From the NCBI GenBank assembly GCA_012026655.1, contig JAAILG010001329.1, positions 1 to 64,000 of the forward strand: a DNA stretch of 64,000 nt, read 5' to 3'. Source of the stretch: Hydrolagus affinis. Taxonomy: Eukaryota. Of the stretch, positions 38,461-52,359 are shown piece after piece. The notes beneath the pieces are model-generated. The model did not search any database and was not told where the DNA came from. It was given only the letters and a program-made list of their open reading frames with translations. The position numbers and the translations under genes were made by a program. Every line of letters starts with the position of its first letter. The first letter of the stretch is position 1.

Positions 38461-40746
38461 CTGACCAAAATAATAAAAATACAGTCCACACAAACTGCCT
38501 TTATATAGCGCCTTCACCCGGGGTAGGACTCCTTCCTCTATACCGACTGGGGTGTCAAAAATTAATCGACTGGAGAATAGATTTCCTCAGATAATTCTTT
38601 CACTTCACACAGCGCTACTTTTGTCTTTCACAGAAAAATGTGCAAGGTCAAAACCTGACTGAAACGTGATCTTAACTCTCCAGGGTTCAGCTGAATCTAT
38701 AGCAAACACCGACATTAATTAGCAAATATCAAACAACAATTCTCGTAGAAAATAACAGCAATCGAAAAGGGAATAACTAAAAGGGAAACAATAATTATCT
38801 CCAAATTCAGCTTTTAAGTGGCCATAAGAATTCACAAAAGCATTTCCTACATGTTTTAAGATCAGCCGATCTCTTTCAAGATCAGCCAGGATCAGTTTGA
38901 AAACTTTTATGTCAACAGTTTTTTTTTTTAAAAAGAAAACTGCTTTAAACTTCCAGCCTCACCAGGTGATTAATTAAAGATGAGACAGATTTTAATATAA
39001 CTTCAAAAGTATATTTGATGCCCAAAAGGATATTTTAAAATTTAAGTGCCATGTATATTTAATTTTTAGGAATCCAACCCATCAAAACTGCCAATCTCCT
39101 TAATGTAGATGAAAGGGTATGAATCCCTCCTACTTGAATACAACTATTCAAACAATTCAGTTCTACTTTTAAAACACAGTAACATCAGATATAATCATTA
39201 CTTACAAGATCCTTTTTTAAAAAAAAGTCACGAAACGTGTTGCAATTAAAATATTCATTCCTCTGTCAAAACCCAATAGTTTTATGTATTGGGAACTTTG
39301 CTGAAATAGAAAAAGTGTTCTTCCTTATTAAGATTTTATTACCCGACAGTTTGGGTGCAGAGATTGAATATTTCTGATGAAATCTCAATCTGAACACAGC
39401 AGGGACACATCAAGTAGCACATTTCCCCAAATCTCATTCTAACATTTAACTGCCGGTGCAAGGGAACCTATGAACAAGAAAATCAGGGAACAAAGCTACA
39501 GCCTCATCGCACTTCCAAAACAAGCATGGGATGCGTGCACTGAAATGACCACTGAAAAATAACAATAGATGCTTGAGAACAGGTTCCCTGCCAAACCTGA
39601 TTGTTGGGGGTAAAAAATAATGAAGAATGAACTACCATAATCTTACAAAATAAATTCCACACATTAATTATTTGTGACCGCACAATAAACCACACCCAGT
39701 ACAGTACTCGGTTAATTGATCAGTTTTTTTTAAAGAAACTATAAGGGGGAAGTACAGTTCCGAGGTTATACAATCTGGTATCAAAATGCACTCAACTTAC
39801 TCGGTCAGTCAATAGACACGCATTGTTAAAGATGGACACTCTTGTCTGTAAAACAACACTACATCCTCTGATAATATGGAAATGTGATACTTAATTTCAT
39901 GACCTCTGGTCTCAATCAAATGCTGTGTAAATACACAATTCATCTCCTCTATCTGGCCTTTAATTAAAGACAGAATCCGAAATCATCAATTGTCATCTCT
40001 TAGCAGCTGGTGAAAGGCGAACGCATTACCAACGTTATTAGCTGATACCATTGATTATTTCACCCTAATTTATTTTCCTCTCCTAGAGTTACTTCTGTTT
40101 AAACATTTTTGATATTTAGAAAAATACTGTACGAGTTTGGATCAGTGCAATGTACACTAACAATCAGGCACCATTTAAGTTTTTTTCAAAAAATAATTTA
40201 TTCATTCAATTTTTTTTCTAAAGTTTAGGTTTGCACATAGTTGCAAAAAACCTAAACAGTTCTATTTTCACTACATTTTGGGGAAGATCTAATCCGTAAA
40301 ATCAAGCCAAGCTCTTTCACGCATTCCAATTCACTGATACCAGTATTTGCACCCATATCAGGCGTAAATATCAATACTTTATCTACAAACCTGCTGGGGT
40401 CACGGTTGATCAGAGAAGCTATTTACTTTTAGTAAATACAGTTCAGCAGTTACATGTGGTTATCATGCTTGGGCAGTAGATAATGAGGATCTTGAATCAG
40501 TGGTTGGAAAGCAACATGCCTATAACACTGCTAAAGTCTCAACAACGCAAGAAGGCGCTAGATTAAATGCAAGAATTATTATTATAAACCCTCAAAGTTT
40601 TTTTTAAAACATGTAAAACAGTGATCCATTCAGAAATTCATAAATCATTAAACATTTAGCTTCAAAGTTAAAAGGTCATGTATTCTCGGGTATGTTTGTG
40701 CTATCTATATTTAACAGAAATTAATCTTTCTCTTGGTTTTTCTGAT

Positions 40747-40805
40747 AAACAACAACAAAATTACATTCGTATAATGCCTTTCACGTTGGGAGGACAGCCC
40801 CTAGG
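40747..40805 (-). mobile_element. L2 3' tail
   Basis: aacaacaacaaaattacatt...gcctttcacgttgggaggac. Confidence 0.82.
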
Positions 40806-41025
40806 GCACTGGGATGAAGTTCATATTGGAGTTCCTCAGTACAAAACTGAAAAACTTTCTAAAACAACACTACCTCACTATCTCTTCCTCCCTCAAATAT
40901 CCACCACAATCATCTTTATCTATCCATTTGGTCAATATCTTTAAATCTTTCACTTCCCTGCTTAGTGTGCTTAGTGTTGTCAAGCAATTTGAGCCTAATC
41001 TAATTGTGAGTTGTGTGGAATTTTG

Positions 41026-41086
41026 TGGACGTCCTCCCGACTTGAAAGGCGCTCTATAAATGTAATTTTGTTTGTTGTTGTTGTTG
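41026..41086 (+). mobile_element. L2 3' tail
   Basis: ggacgtcctcccgacttgaaaggcgctctataaatgtaattttgtttgttgttg. Confidence 0.88.
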
Positions 41087-41394
41087 GACTTCCATGCAAC
41101 AGAAACTAAAGTCATCATCAACGGGAACCATTGGTAGAGCTATCACCAGATGGGATCAAATAATAGGTTAACCCAAAATACCTTCGAGAGCACCCAAGCT
41201 ACTCCAAAAGCAATTCATTGGACTTGATAAATAGTTCATTTAATTCCACTCTTTTCAATACAAATATAAATAGACACACACACACACATACAATCAAAAC
41301 AATAAAGCCAGTTGAGCTTTAATAATCTGCACAATTACAACTGGACAAATGTACTTCAGCATCCAAAACATCTGCATTAAGTACCAACAGTGAA

Positions 41395-41510
41395 CCATGT
41401 TCCTGTTGAGTGCCCTTCCAGACAGTGTAATTGCCTGGAACTCAGTCCCTTGCATGGAAGATTTCAAATGCAGCGTTAACAATCGCTTGCTGGACCAGGA
41501 ATGCTGGAGG
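41395..41510 (+). mobile_element. Possible non-LTR ORF2 C-terminal remnant
   Basis: Peptide PDSVIAWNSVPCMEDFKCSVNN resembles the WN.LP...FK motif of L2/CR1-group ORF2 ends. Confidence 0.3.
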
Positions 41511-42688
41511 ATGCATGGGCCTGCAGGAAATCTGTTATTTGCCTGTTATTATCCATGTGTGCTCCCTGCAGCAGCCACCCAGGTCAAATTTGAGAAACAT
41601 ATGTTCCTAGCAGTTGCCACCAGCTGCACTACTTTCCTGTGTCACCCCAAACACTTAATCAACTTTAAATGAACAAATCCTTTAGCAAATATAAATTTAT
41701 ATAATCCCTCTGTATAGGATTTTCTGATGAATGGCGAGCAAATCATGGTTATTCTTATCATCACTGGAATACTGTAATTTGTACATCGTGTACTTTCAAT
41801 TAAGTATTTCCAAGCACCATCAATCAACAAGTTTTCCATAATACTGTACTGTACTTAGAACATGATAAACGTAATGCATTAGTGAATATTCAAAATAAAA
41901 GATAGGCCTAAAAAAAACCAGGCGGTGAAATTTACTGTCGATTAGAACAAAAGTATATTTTCAGAAATATTCACAGTTTGAAATAAAACGTTTCATTTGT
42001 GTAACAGGGCTCAACATGTTGGGCCATTTTTTGAAAAATACATTAATAATAATAATCATAATCCTTGCATTTCTTATAGCATTTTTCAGGTCTTCTGACG
42101 TCTCATTACCCACAAGATTAATATCACCCTGACCATGTACTGTATATTTCTTCTTTGCATCCTTTAATAGGAAAAAAACTGAAAATCAAGCACTTAGTTA
42201 GTAGATGTATGTGCTTGACACAACTTCCATTCCAGTGGCTGGCAGCTATTCAGCACTGTGTTTGCATGTGTCCAGTTAGTCAGAAGTTGAGTATGCCCAC
42301 AAAAGCCACAGGCAGCTAGCTCACCACCCCTCTCTTACAAATTACAAAATACTTGCTGAAACTTCTTTCTACACTGTGCGGGACTCGGGTACTGCCTTCC
42401 ACAGGGGAACAAAAACCTGCAGTATAACTTAACATTCCCCAATTATTATATTCCATCAAAATCTCTTAGAATGGAATGCAATTCCACAAGGTTTGCTTGT
42501 CTGCAACTGCCACAAATAGGATTTAAGCCAGAATCTCAGAACTCCCCTTTCAACCTCTGAATTAATAACTGCAGTGAACAACATGACTGAATAAGTGATG
42601 CTTTGCTGTGGTGAGAGAGCATGGTCTGTTTCCCAGGAACAGAGAAATAAGTTATTTCTGAATACTGTACTAGAGTTAGGCTGTACAG

Positions 42689-42802
42689 ATAATAATAATC
42701 CTTGAATTTGATTTAGCGCTTTTCATGTCTTCTAGACGTCTCAAAGCGCTTCATAGAATATACCATATTGTAAAGTGAATCGACTGTATTTGTGGGCGAA
42801 AC
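42689..42802 (-). mobile_element. SINE 3' half
   Basis: (AAT)n ccttg...agcgcttttcatgtcttctagacgtctcaaagcgcttc. Confidence 0.9.
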
Positions 42803-43324
42803 TGTATATATCAAGCTTCACATAAAAAGTTAATGGCAAATTTCTGTAGCTACCAGCAGATTTAATACAAAACGGGTGTTATCTATTATCTATTACATAT
42901 TGAGATTGGTAACTGGAAATAACTGCCTAAAAATATCTGCTTTTATGAATTACTGTATGTCAAACTGGGAGTTACACCTTTGTTGAAGGAAACCGGGTTG
43001 AGGCCTGGCCTCGCCTGGACGTTAATTCGTATCACTGATTAATGAATGATGATTCTAATTGATTTGGCCTCTCAATCAGTCTGCACTTGCCGTGTGAGCA
43101 GCTTAATAGTAGTTGTGCCCATTCCCGCTGCAGCAATATTAATCTACATTCTGCCAATATTCAAGAAGTAAAAATTCTTTCTCCTCTTGTGAAGATCGGC
43201 TTTCCCAAGGGGCATTCCATGGCTGGTAGCAAACCTCTGCTGGCTCAGCCAGACAATGAAGGGATTCGGTTTTGGTATCGAAACCGAGCCTGATCCTGTT
43301 CTCTTGCCTGCACTTCACGGCAAA

Positions 43325-43339
43325 GGCCAGCAGGTGGCA
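43325..43339 (+). promoter_or_regulatory. CTCF-like motif
   Basis: ggccagcaggtggca closely matches the CTCF core; motif match only. Confidence 0.35.
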
Positions 43340-43389
43340 ATCAGGAATGGGGCAAATTAAGCACCTTTATCATACTGCACACTGTAATA

Positions 43390-43594
43390 ATAACAACAAA
43401 TAACAACAACAAATTACATTTATAGAGCGCATTTCACGTCGGGAGGACGTCCCAAGGCGCTGCACAGGGGTGTGTGACCCGAGCTGGGAGGGGAGTGTTT
43501 GGGCGGGGATGAAACACGAAGGGGAGGTTGAAAGATTTCGGGGGGGAACAAAAGGCACGGTCGAAGAGGAAAGTCTTCAAACCGGCCTTGAAAG
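43390..43594 (-). mobile_element. L2 3' end with ORF2 C-terminus
   Basis: SFKAGLKTFLFDRAF on the minus strand, stem-loop and (TGT)n tail; highly similar to 5670-5869. Confidence 0.92.
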
Positions 43595-43928
43595 ATAATA
43601 ATCTTCCTTGCATTTGATATAGCGCTTTTGCACGTTCTTCTAGAGTCCCAAAGCGCTTCACAGAATAGACTGTAAAGTGAATTAACTGTATATTTGTGGG
43701 CGAAACACAGCAGCCAATTGTGCACAGCAGCGTCCCCACAAAGAGTTGCGGATTGAAATGACCAATTTTATTATTGTGTTATTTTTTGGAGGGATTATTA
43801 TTAGGCGGGCGTGCGTGTGTGTGTGTGTGGAGTAAGGAAACTTGCCTAAGTTTCACCCAGACCTGCCTGGATTCGAACACAGTCTCACGCTTGTAAGACG
43901 AGTGATCTAACCACTGAGCTACAGGACT
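43595..43928 (-). mobile_element. Full-length Deu-type SINE
   Basis: Head agtcctgtagctcagtggttagatcactcgtcttacaagcgtgag...gttcgaatcc, with core and tail. Confidence 0.95.
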
Positions 43929-44948
43929 GGCCCTCGCTGAAATCAGGTCAGATCAGGTCAGAATTAAAGCTTTATTGGTATAGTACTAAACAAGATGATG
44001 CTTATTTATAACTGGGCCACCTCGGGATCTATAATAATTCTCAAAATGTTGTTATTTTGGAGAAATGCGTGCACCTCAATGATTTGTTTCACTGCAGAAC
44101 ATTCTTTCAACTTTAAAAGCCCGAATGTTCTAGGCCATGTACTTAACTAATTTCTAATTTAGAATGATGTCAGCTTCACAATTTTGTGCCAAGAATACAG
44201 TAAAAGTTGCTACTGTTAATGCTTACCAAAGTTATAATGCATTCCATAACCATTAGTCATTTATGACGCATGATCAAAGATAACCCATTTATCCTCTGGG
44301 CCAGATAGCAAAGTTACCCAAACAAATCATTTTTTAAATAAATAAAATGGACAGCTGGCAGCTCAGTTCCTGCTTTGTCACTCATAATACATGAAGGCCC
44401 TTAATGATATGACAGGTAACAGTCCTCAACACTTCATAAAATGAACAGTGAATGAGGCTTTTGATTTAATGTTATTTTCTTGTACATAAAAGAATATAAA
44501 TAAAGGAACTCACAAGCCCAGAAACATGGATTCGCATGGATTGATCCATAAGGGTGATCAGATATTCCTACAGCAAAACCCATTTAAGCAAACACACTTA
44601 TGAGGAAGTATTCAATCAACAACATTCAAGCTGCAAGGCTCAATCCAAGATGTTTATTAATTCTGAAAATAGAATGAAATAACTCAAGTCCTTGCAGTGA
44701 CAAACTAACATCCTCTAAAAGTACTCCTCTGGCACACTTATTTGTAAAAATCGAGTATTACTGCAAGAGAGGAAGCCTTATAATCCACCAATTTCAAAGC
44801 TTTTCCCCCTCCACAAAATTCAATCCCGGCAATGTGCATCCACTGAATTTACAAGTCACAGATAGGATTAGCTACACCTACCCTTTGGCAGCTCAGGACT
44901 TTCCTTTAACCCACTGGAGACAAGCAAGATTCTCTGCTTGGAATGACC

Positions 44949-44996
44949 ACTTGTAAGTTTAAGATGCACTTAAACTTACAAGTTTAAGTGCATCTT
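44949..44996. repeat. Interlocked double inverted repeat
   Basis: 44949-44963 pairs with 44969-44983 (15 bp perfect); 44961-44976 pairs with 44981-44996 (16 bp perfect). Confidence 0.95.
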
Positions 44997-46402
44997 TCCA
45001 ATGGCAAATAAACCTCATTGTCAAGTACAAGTCAGCATTGCTACTTAGCTGAAAGCAGATCCAGCCTTCACTTCCTACGTTCTCCCAACTGAATTCTGAA
45101 TACTTTAAAACTATCCATTAAGCGTTGTTAAAATGCAAAGCTTTATTTTGTTTAAAAATGCAGCTGTGTAATGTAGTACTTTCGAAAAGGAAAATTGACT
45201 TTCTAAAATATTTCAGACACTATAGACAATGAGAACATTGCTAAGATGCACAAGTTACATTTCAGATTTAGTAGGAACTATTAGTAGCACAGGATGTTAG
45301 AGATTAGGTATTTAACTATCCAGGTTTGTTAATAGCAAAATGGATCTAAGTGATTAAATAGATTTAGTTCCCAATTCAGGAAGAAGTACATGTATATGGC
45401 TTTAAGGGTAGGAGAGATATTGAATCCGACCATTTGTTTTCAGTCTGTAAACATGATCTGAATAAATAGCCTTTTCACGTTCCTATATTAGTGAGGAGCC
45501 CGATGATCAAATTCCAGCCTTAAAACTGTCCATCAGTCAGTGTTATGCTAGAAAACATTCAGACAAGGCCACATTTCACTTAAGAAAATAAATTTACTCA
45601 TGGTTAGTTAAAATATACGGAAGCTTTAAATTGTGAGATGGCAAGTTAGTGCTCCTGTGCTTATATCAGAGCAGCAGGCACATACCACAAGATAAATTTC
45701 TGCTTCTGGTACAAAAAGTATAAAAATTGAGCTAGTTCTCAAAGGAGGTAGTATTGTAGTTGTGCTGATCATTAGGGTCATTAGATGCCAAGGGAACACA
45801 GATTTGATGACATGCTAGCTTGCCAGTCCTCATTAAGCAAGTTTTAATCATCACTGGATGAAGGCAGATCACAGTTAATGGTTGCATTTATAAATTGGGT
45901 GGTGGGGGGTGGGGGGGAAGAGAAAATGCGTTGGAAAAGTGCTAATTTATTCCTAACTATTTAATAATAACCATCAGAGCTCCTCTTGTCAGTCTGTGTA
46001 TCATGTCTAAAAAATTACTGTTAAGTGGGTGTTGACTTTTTCAAATAGAAATTAATCACATGGGAAGATCATTCTCTGTGCTTTCTGGGTCTATTCGTGG
46101 CCGAACGCTTGTCTGCTATATCAAACCAAATTGTTTGCCAACCATTGAGGAGCTGCCAATGAACAAAATACAATAATAAAGTAAGTACCAAACATTATTT
46201 GCAGTAACACGCCTAAAAAGCATTGCCATGGCTATTCCATTTCAGTTATAAAGAGCCCCAGTACCTCTAAGGCAGAGCTAAGATCGTGAACCATGCTAGA
46301 AGGATGGGGAGAGAATCTACATCCTACCATTCCAGTTGCTAGTTGTACTCGATTCCCACCACCACCACCACCATATAATACAGTGAACATATACTCATAG
46401 CC

Positions 46403-46530
46403 TTAGAATTATACAGCACAGAAGGAGGCCATTCAGCCCATTGTGTCTGTGCTGGGCTCTTTGAAAAGGAGCTGGCCAAATCCATCCTGCTTCCCATAGC
46501 CCCGCAAACTTGTCCTCCCCAAATATTCAT
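46403..46530 (-). mobile_element. CR1-type 3' end
   Basis: tagaattatacagcacagaaggaggccattcagcccattgtgtctgtgctgg, a typical reverse-oriented shark CR1 terminus. Confidence 0.7.
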
Positions 46531-49500
46531 CTAACCTTCTTGAGTAAAGCTTGCGTACCTCCAGCGACCCATTCAACCCAGACCTAAATCTTCAATCATT
46601 TTATCCGTTTTGTGTGGATACTGAGGTTTTGGTACTGCTGATACTACAATTACTGCTGGACAGTAAACGGCCTTGAGATTAGAACAACTTGTCCTACTTT
46701 CAGAATAATAACCTTACAGTAAAAAATGTGGGTGTTTCTAAACTGTCAATTGAACCGAGCCATTCTAGCAAAATATTTCTAACCACAACAAGACAGCAGT
46801 GCTTCTAATTCACACGAAAGAAAGGCTATTGTGGCTAAAACGATACCAGCTGCTTTTTATCCTGATTGGAAAAAAATCACCACTTTTGTTGTACTGTACT
46901 GGAGAATGATACAATATAATTACAGAATACATTGTCGGGGGAACACTAGTTCTTCTGCAATCAACTAAGCGGAATTATTGATCAGCAAATAGAAGTCGTA
47001 TGTCAGACATTGACAAAGATTACCCTGAATTGCACAAGCGTAATAGGGAATGTCCCCGGCTCCTGACAATCCATTGTTACAAACTACAAACATTAAATTA
47101 CAATCAATACTTTTAGGTTCAACTATTTTGATTGGAATCTTTTTCCCCCTCTCATCCTTCTTCCACTAAAATAAAATCTGTGTTCCATAAGAAATACAGC
47201 AGAACAAGGTTAACAATTTCAACTTGTTGCTGTTTGAATGTTTAGGTTATACCTTCTTATACCACCTTTTATTCATTTTTTTTTCAATTCCTTGGAAGGA
47301 CAAATGAAGAAAGAATCCCCTTTACTAGTGCACCAAATGGCATTTGCGTGTTTATGCATTTATAGTATTCAGAAGCAGAAACCTTGACAAACAAGTGCCA
47401 AACATTTTTAAGTCAATAAACTGATTTAAACAGAATACTTTGTTACTGTGGGATTAAACGTGCATCGGGAATACAGCACTACCTATGCTGAAGCAATGCC
47501 CTTTGAACCAATTGCTATGTAGTTGAGGAGATCAAACAACTTTATAATCTATACGCATTACATCTTGTAACTCTCCAAATAACACTATCCGGCGTTGGAA
47601 AAGCTTTCGCAGAGTCTGAATAGTGCAGAATAATCACAGAATAACCATTTCATGAACCTAGAAATACCATTAGGAAAGAATTTATGCCAATATGCATTCA
47701 TTCTGCAGAAACATTGAAAATCAGCTAAGGACAGTTACTGCGCGCGAACACACACACATGTGCACACACACATACACACACCACCACCTCCCCCCACAAT
47801 TCTTGAAATAACTGCCAACTGCAATTATTGGCAGCTACATGCTATTTGAATTCCATGATGAGTGCTCTCTGTTCTTAATAGATGTAATGGGCGATTCCAC
47901 TTATGTGGGTTTAACCTCAAGACAGTTTCCTTATTACCTCTTCAATTCATTACTTCCTCACAGTGAAACATGTATGCAATAAAAGGGGACAACAGCAGAA
48001 TGTTGGTAATCCTCTTAAAATGTAGATTTGGGAATTTTAATATGAGAAAAGTAAATATTAGGCTTTTATCACACACAATTGTAGTTGCACACTGTATATT
48101 TTTACTCCTTCCAATGAGAAGATTGCTAGCAAGCAATGTACTTGCAGCCCAGAATGGGCGCACTAGTCTTAATTTAAATCGAATACAATTTTCAGCTGCC
48201 TAGTGCTCATTTGACTGTTGCTGTCTGGTGGTTCAGAACTAACCATCAGCAATCAGATCTTGGGGCAGAAGAGTTTTCTTCAGTCTATCCGCACACTTTT
48301 CTGCCTGTGCAGGAACTTTGTAAAACATTTTTCACCTTTGAACTACTACATTAAGCATGTTGATTATACTTAATTAATGTTCTACACTACAAAAGTGATT
48401 AGTCACAGCAACAACTTACAGATTCTGTAGATGTTGCTAGAAAATCCTTCTTTTGTGATTAGCGTATCAGGAATCAAAATGAAGTATAGAGCCATCAACG
48501 TTTATGGCTGACGGGCAGGCGACATCTGCTGTTGGCTTGTAAAAGTAACTTCTTTTCCAGTCTTCACTTGAACGAAACACAGTTAAGTCCCGATGGATCA
48601 GTCCAGGCCTCGGCATCCACATTAGCTACTCAAACTCCTTCTGCACTATGGAAAGATAACACAGGAAATCAGTGAAACAGCAGTCTCTATAAGCAGAATC
48701 CCAATAGGAAGGCATGAAAGTGGTTTGACTTATTGGGAGTCTAAGCGTTCCAACAGATTGCTCCCATTCAACTCCAGTCCAACCGACTCCCTCAGCTGAG
48801 GCAAAGCAATTCAGCGAAGCCATTGGGAGGATTCAACTACAAACAAACGTTTGCTCAGGACACAGAAGTGGGCAAAATAAAAAATGAGTGAAATGTGAAG
48901 AGAAAATCCACGAATGCTGTGACCTCAAATAGAAAATATTCTCAGCCATCTTTATTTTGCAGTCACTGATCAGCCTGCTGAAGATTTCCAGTAAATACCA
49001 GCTCCCAATATCCTCTTTTTTTCAAACCACAATTGCTTGAAACAAGCTATTAGTCCTTTTCTTTTCAAGCTGACAAAGGGGCTTTCTTGAAATCACTGAC
49101 CTTTTTACAGAATGGCAAATGTTCAAAATTCAATTCAGATGTGTAAATCTGGTGCAAATATCTTGACCCAAAATAACTGCCACACACAATACACTCACTG
49201 TACACACACAGCATCATATCTGAAGGATTCCTGTAAATGTACAACATTCAACTTGTACTGGACTCCCCGGAAACAAAATACAAGAGCATCCATCTGAGTT
49301 CTAGATACAGAAACCAACATATGTTTAATATCTTGTTTCTGCTCAACAAGTGTGTGATTCTAGCCTCCAAAATAATAAATTTTAAATATGTAGGAAATGG
49401 GCATTAAGCACAGGCGGACAATGGAGTCTCTTTGGATTGAGATGATGCAGCACAATTTAGTAACATGAATACTGTAGTATGTTCCAAGAATAGCCATTAT

Positions 49501-51982
49501 TGTATACCCATCTAGAGTTGCTTCAGATAATGCACACAACTTTTTAGCTGCAAAAGGGTTCAGCATCCAACAGGTTTTCACAATTTATACCAACAAATCA
49601 GCTAAGACTCAACAGTCGGGTATATTTAAAGCGAATTAAAGCAAGCTGTTTATTGTGTACTGTACTATGAATAAGCATTTAGTATTCAGACATGCCCAAA
49701 GCATCAACACAGAACCACTAGGTTTGATTTTAATTCGAAATTTGTCTGGTATCACTTTTTTTTATTGGTTTCTACATTAATAGTCAGCTCAAGGAAATAT
49801 AACAGCAGGAATAACTGTAAAAATGAGTTAACAAGCAAAACATGTACACGTTTAACTTGAAAGATAGTATTAAAACCTATCTATTTCAAAAATTGAGGAA
49901 AGAGCATTAAATACATACATACAATGCAGCCTCTTGGGATTGGGAATGATACAGCACAATTTAGTTACAAGAATTGGTCTTATTATCAATATTATTATTA
50001 TTATTACTCTTGCCTGGGGATGTGGTGCAGTACACAGAACGGCAGACTTAGAACGTTCCCATACTAAAATATCCCGACAGCACTAAGCTGACTCTCACCA
50101 TCAGAATAGACAAGTAAATCTATTCCTCCCACTGGCCTCAGGGGGTGCAGCAATCGGTCATAAAGAACTCTGCATCACAGAGATGCTTGATAGCAGCTGT
50201 GGGGATTGGATGGGAATCGGTACTGCGAGATTGCTTAGCACAATCAAGCATCAGTGTGGCAGACAAGACATACAGTAATACTTCGACTAAAAATCAAGTC
50301 AGTGTTATAATTTATTCCCAAGCACATCAAAGGATGCAACTTGCCAGAGGGAAAATAAAGGCTCGAAACAGAAAGGTTAGGCCATGTTTCAACGCTGACT
50401 TTCATATATAATGTTTATTTTGTGACCAAAGAATCACCTCATGGAAACTATTAGCGGAGTACCAGATTGTAGCAAATGGCTTCTTATTGTGCTATAATTA
50501 AGATGCTGACATGTGAAGGGCACTGTAAAAATGCAAAGTGTTGTTGTAATTTCTAGGATTTTATGAAAAAGTTAGTTATAAATCCAATACAAGAACAAGC
50601 AAGTAATATGATGTAGAATGTCCCCTTTAATTATGATTTTGTAATGAGGTATTTCAATTTTTATCAGTTAAATTCAACCTTAATATTTTTCAATTGACAA
50701 ATATACCTCCAATTTACACAAATTGCACTGACCTCTCAATCCCAGGCAGACAATTCAAATAAAGATTTACAGCGCAGTGATCAATTTTTTAATAAAAATT
50801 ACCAGGTAGAAAGGAAACACTTCACTTCCAGCTGTGTCAACAATATTTAACTAACAGATCAGATATTATATTATGGAAATATTTGATTAGGGAAATCTAG
50901 ATGTTTTGCATTTGAAACAGCACACACAATCAGTTGTTAAGGGAGAAAAGGGCTTTTATGTAACCTTCCCCCTGAAAATAACCTGGTTTTCATGTAAATT
51001 TGGCAACATAATTTAAGAAGCAGCAGCATTAGTTAGTGACAAGAAGCCGTCCACAAGACAGTAGCTGACAATGGTTTAACACTCTATTTAAAAAGTTGTG
51101 GCTGCCTGTCGAGTTTTCTTCAGTGCAGATACGGCTGTTCTATCTCTTCACTTCTTTGCACTCTTGGACATCTGCTATCTTAATTCCCCTATAGTTGGGT
51201 CATGAATGGAACGTACTGCATGTCATGTTTTAATAAGGCCATCCCAATTACTGTACATCACCTGGCTGTAGCTACAGTCCGGCTAACCAGAGCAAAGTAA
51301 TCACTGCTAACCAAGGGTGGAAACCAGTGGTGATAAAATTCATTCTTAAAATGTCATGCAGCTACTTAATGGAGGCGTGCTAACTACGTAATGGAGGTAT
51401 TCAACTGGAAATAAAGCACTATTTATTTTATGTACAAAGATATTATGTCAATGATGCAAGCCATCAGTTAAAATATTAAATTGTTTGCCTTTACAAAGAG
51501 CAAAGTATCCCGACTGTCAAGTGCACAGACACACCATTCTTTTTCCTCCAGTTGAGGTTCCAATTTCCGCACTGCATCTTGCCCAGTAGCTCTCAAATCA
51601 GAACAAATACAGAACAATTTATCATACAGATTTTGAAATCATACAGATTTTCTGATGCTTCTAGTCTTAATTATTTCTTTTAAATGATTTACAAATCAAG
51701 TCAAGCTGTGGATTACATTTTATAACCTTCAGACTTTAACATAAATGTTACAGTGTAGGAATCTGCAGTTACAATTTTTTTTGTACATCACTGCTTTAGT
51801 CTCGCTGTGCGAACCCCAGTTCATGCATTTATGAGCGATCACATACAGAAGGTTAATTGCCCAATTACAGTAAAGTGCTGAAGACTGAAAACTGACTTCA
51901 GAATTTATCACAACAGGAGAGCACTCCTTCCACATGATCAGTGGATCAAATCTATATACGGTACTGCAGTACTCTTGCCAAA

Positions 51983-52010
<28 letters not shown>
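51983..52010. repeat. (TG)14 microsatellite
   Basis: Direct read. Confidence 0.98.
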
Positions 52011-52013
<3 letters not shown>

Positions 52014-52359
52014 AGGGGAAATTTTTTTGACAATCATTTATTGATTCTCCACATTAAGCGGTGTATTTTCTTCTCACAATAACAAACAGTCTGTCCTGAT
52101 CTATTCTGGGCTACAGAAAAGCTGCTGATCAGCACAATTCAACACAAAAACACGTCAGTTGTCTCATGTGCGTCTTAACAACTGACTGAGAAGTGCTCGC
52201 GTGCTGACGTCTCAGGCAGGGAATGGCTGGTTTGTTTCATTAGAATTTCATGTTCATAAAAAAAATGGTCATTGCTGGTTGTTTAGCAGCATTCAACACC
52301 TGAAAAGACTTCATTTGTACCCTCTTCCCTAAATCAAAAATTGGGAAGAATATTGCCCA

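Noticed and set aside
40747-41086. Apparent MITE with ~55-bp terminal inverted repeats
   Set aside because: The arms are two oppositely oriented L2 tails with different divergence; no TSD seen.
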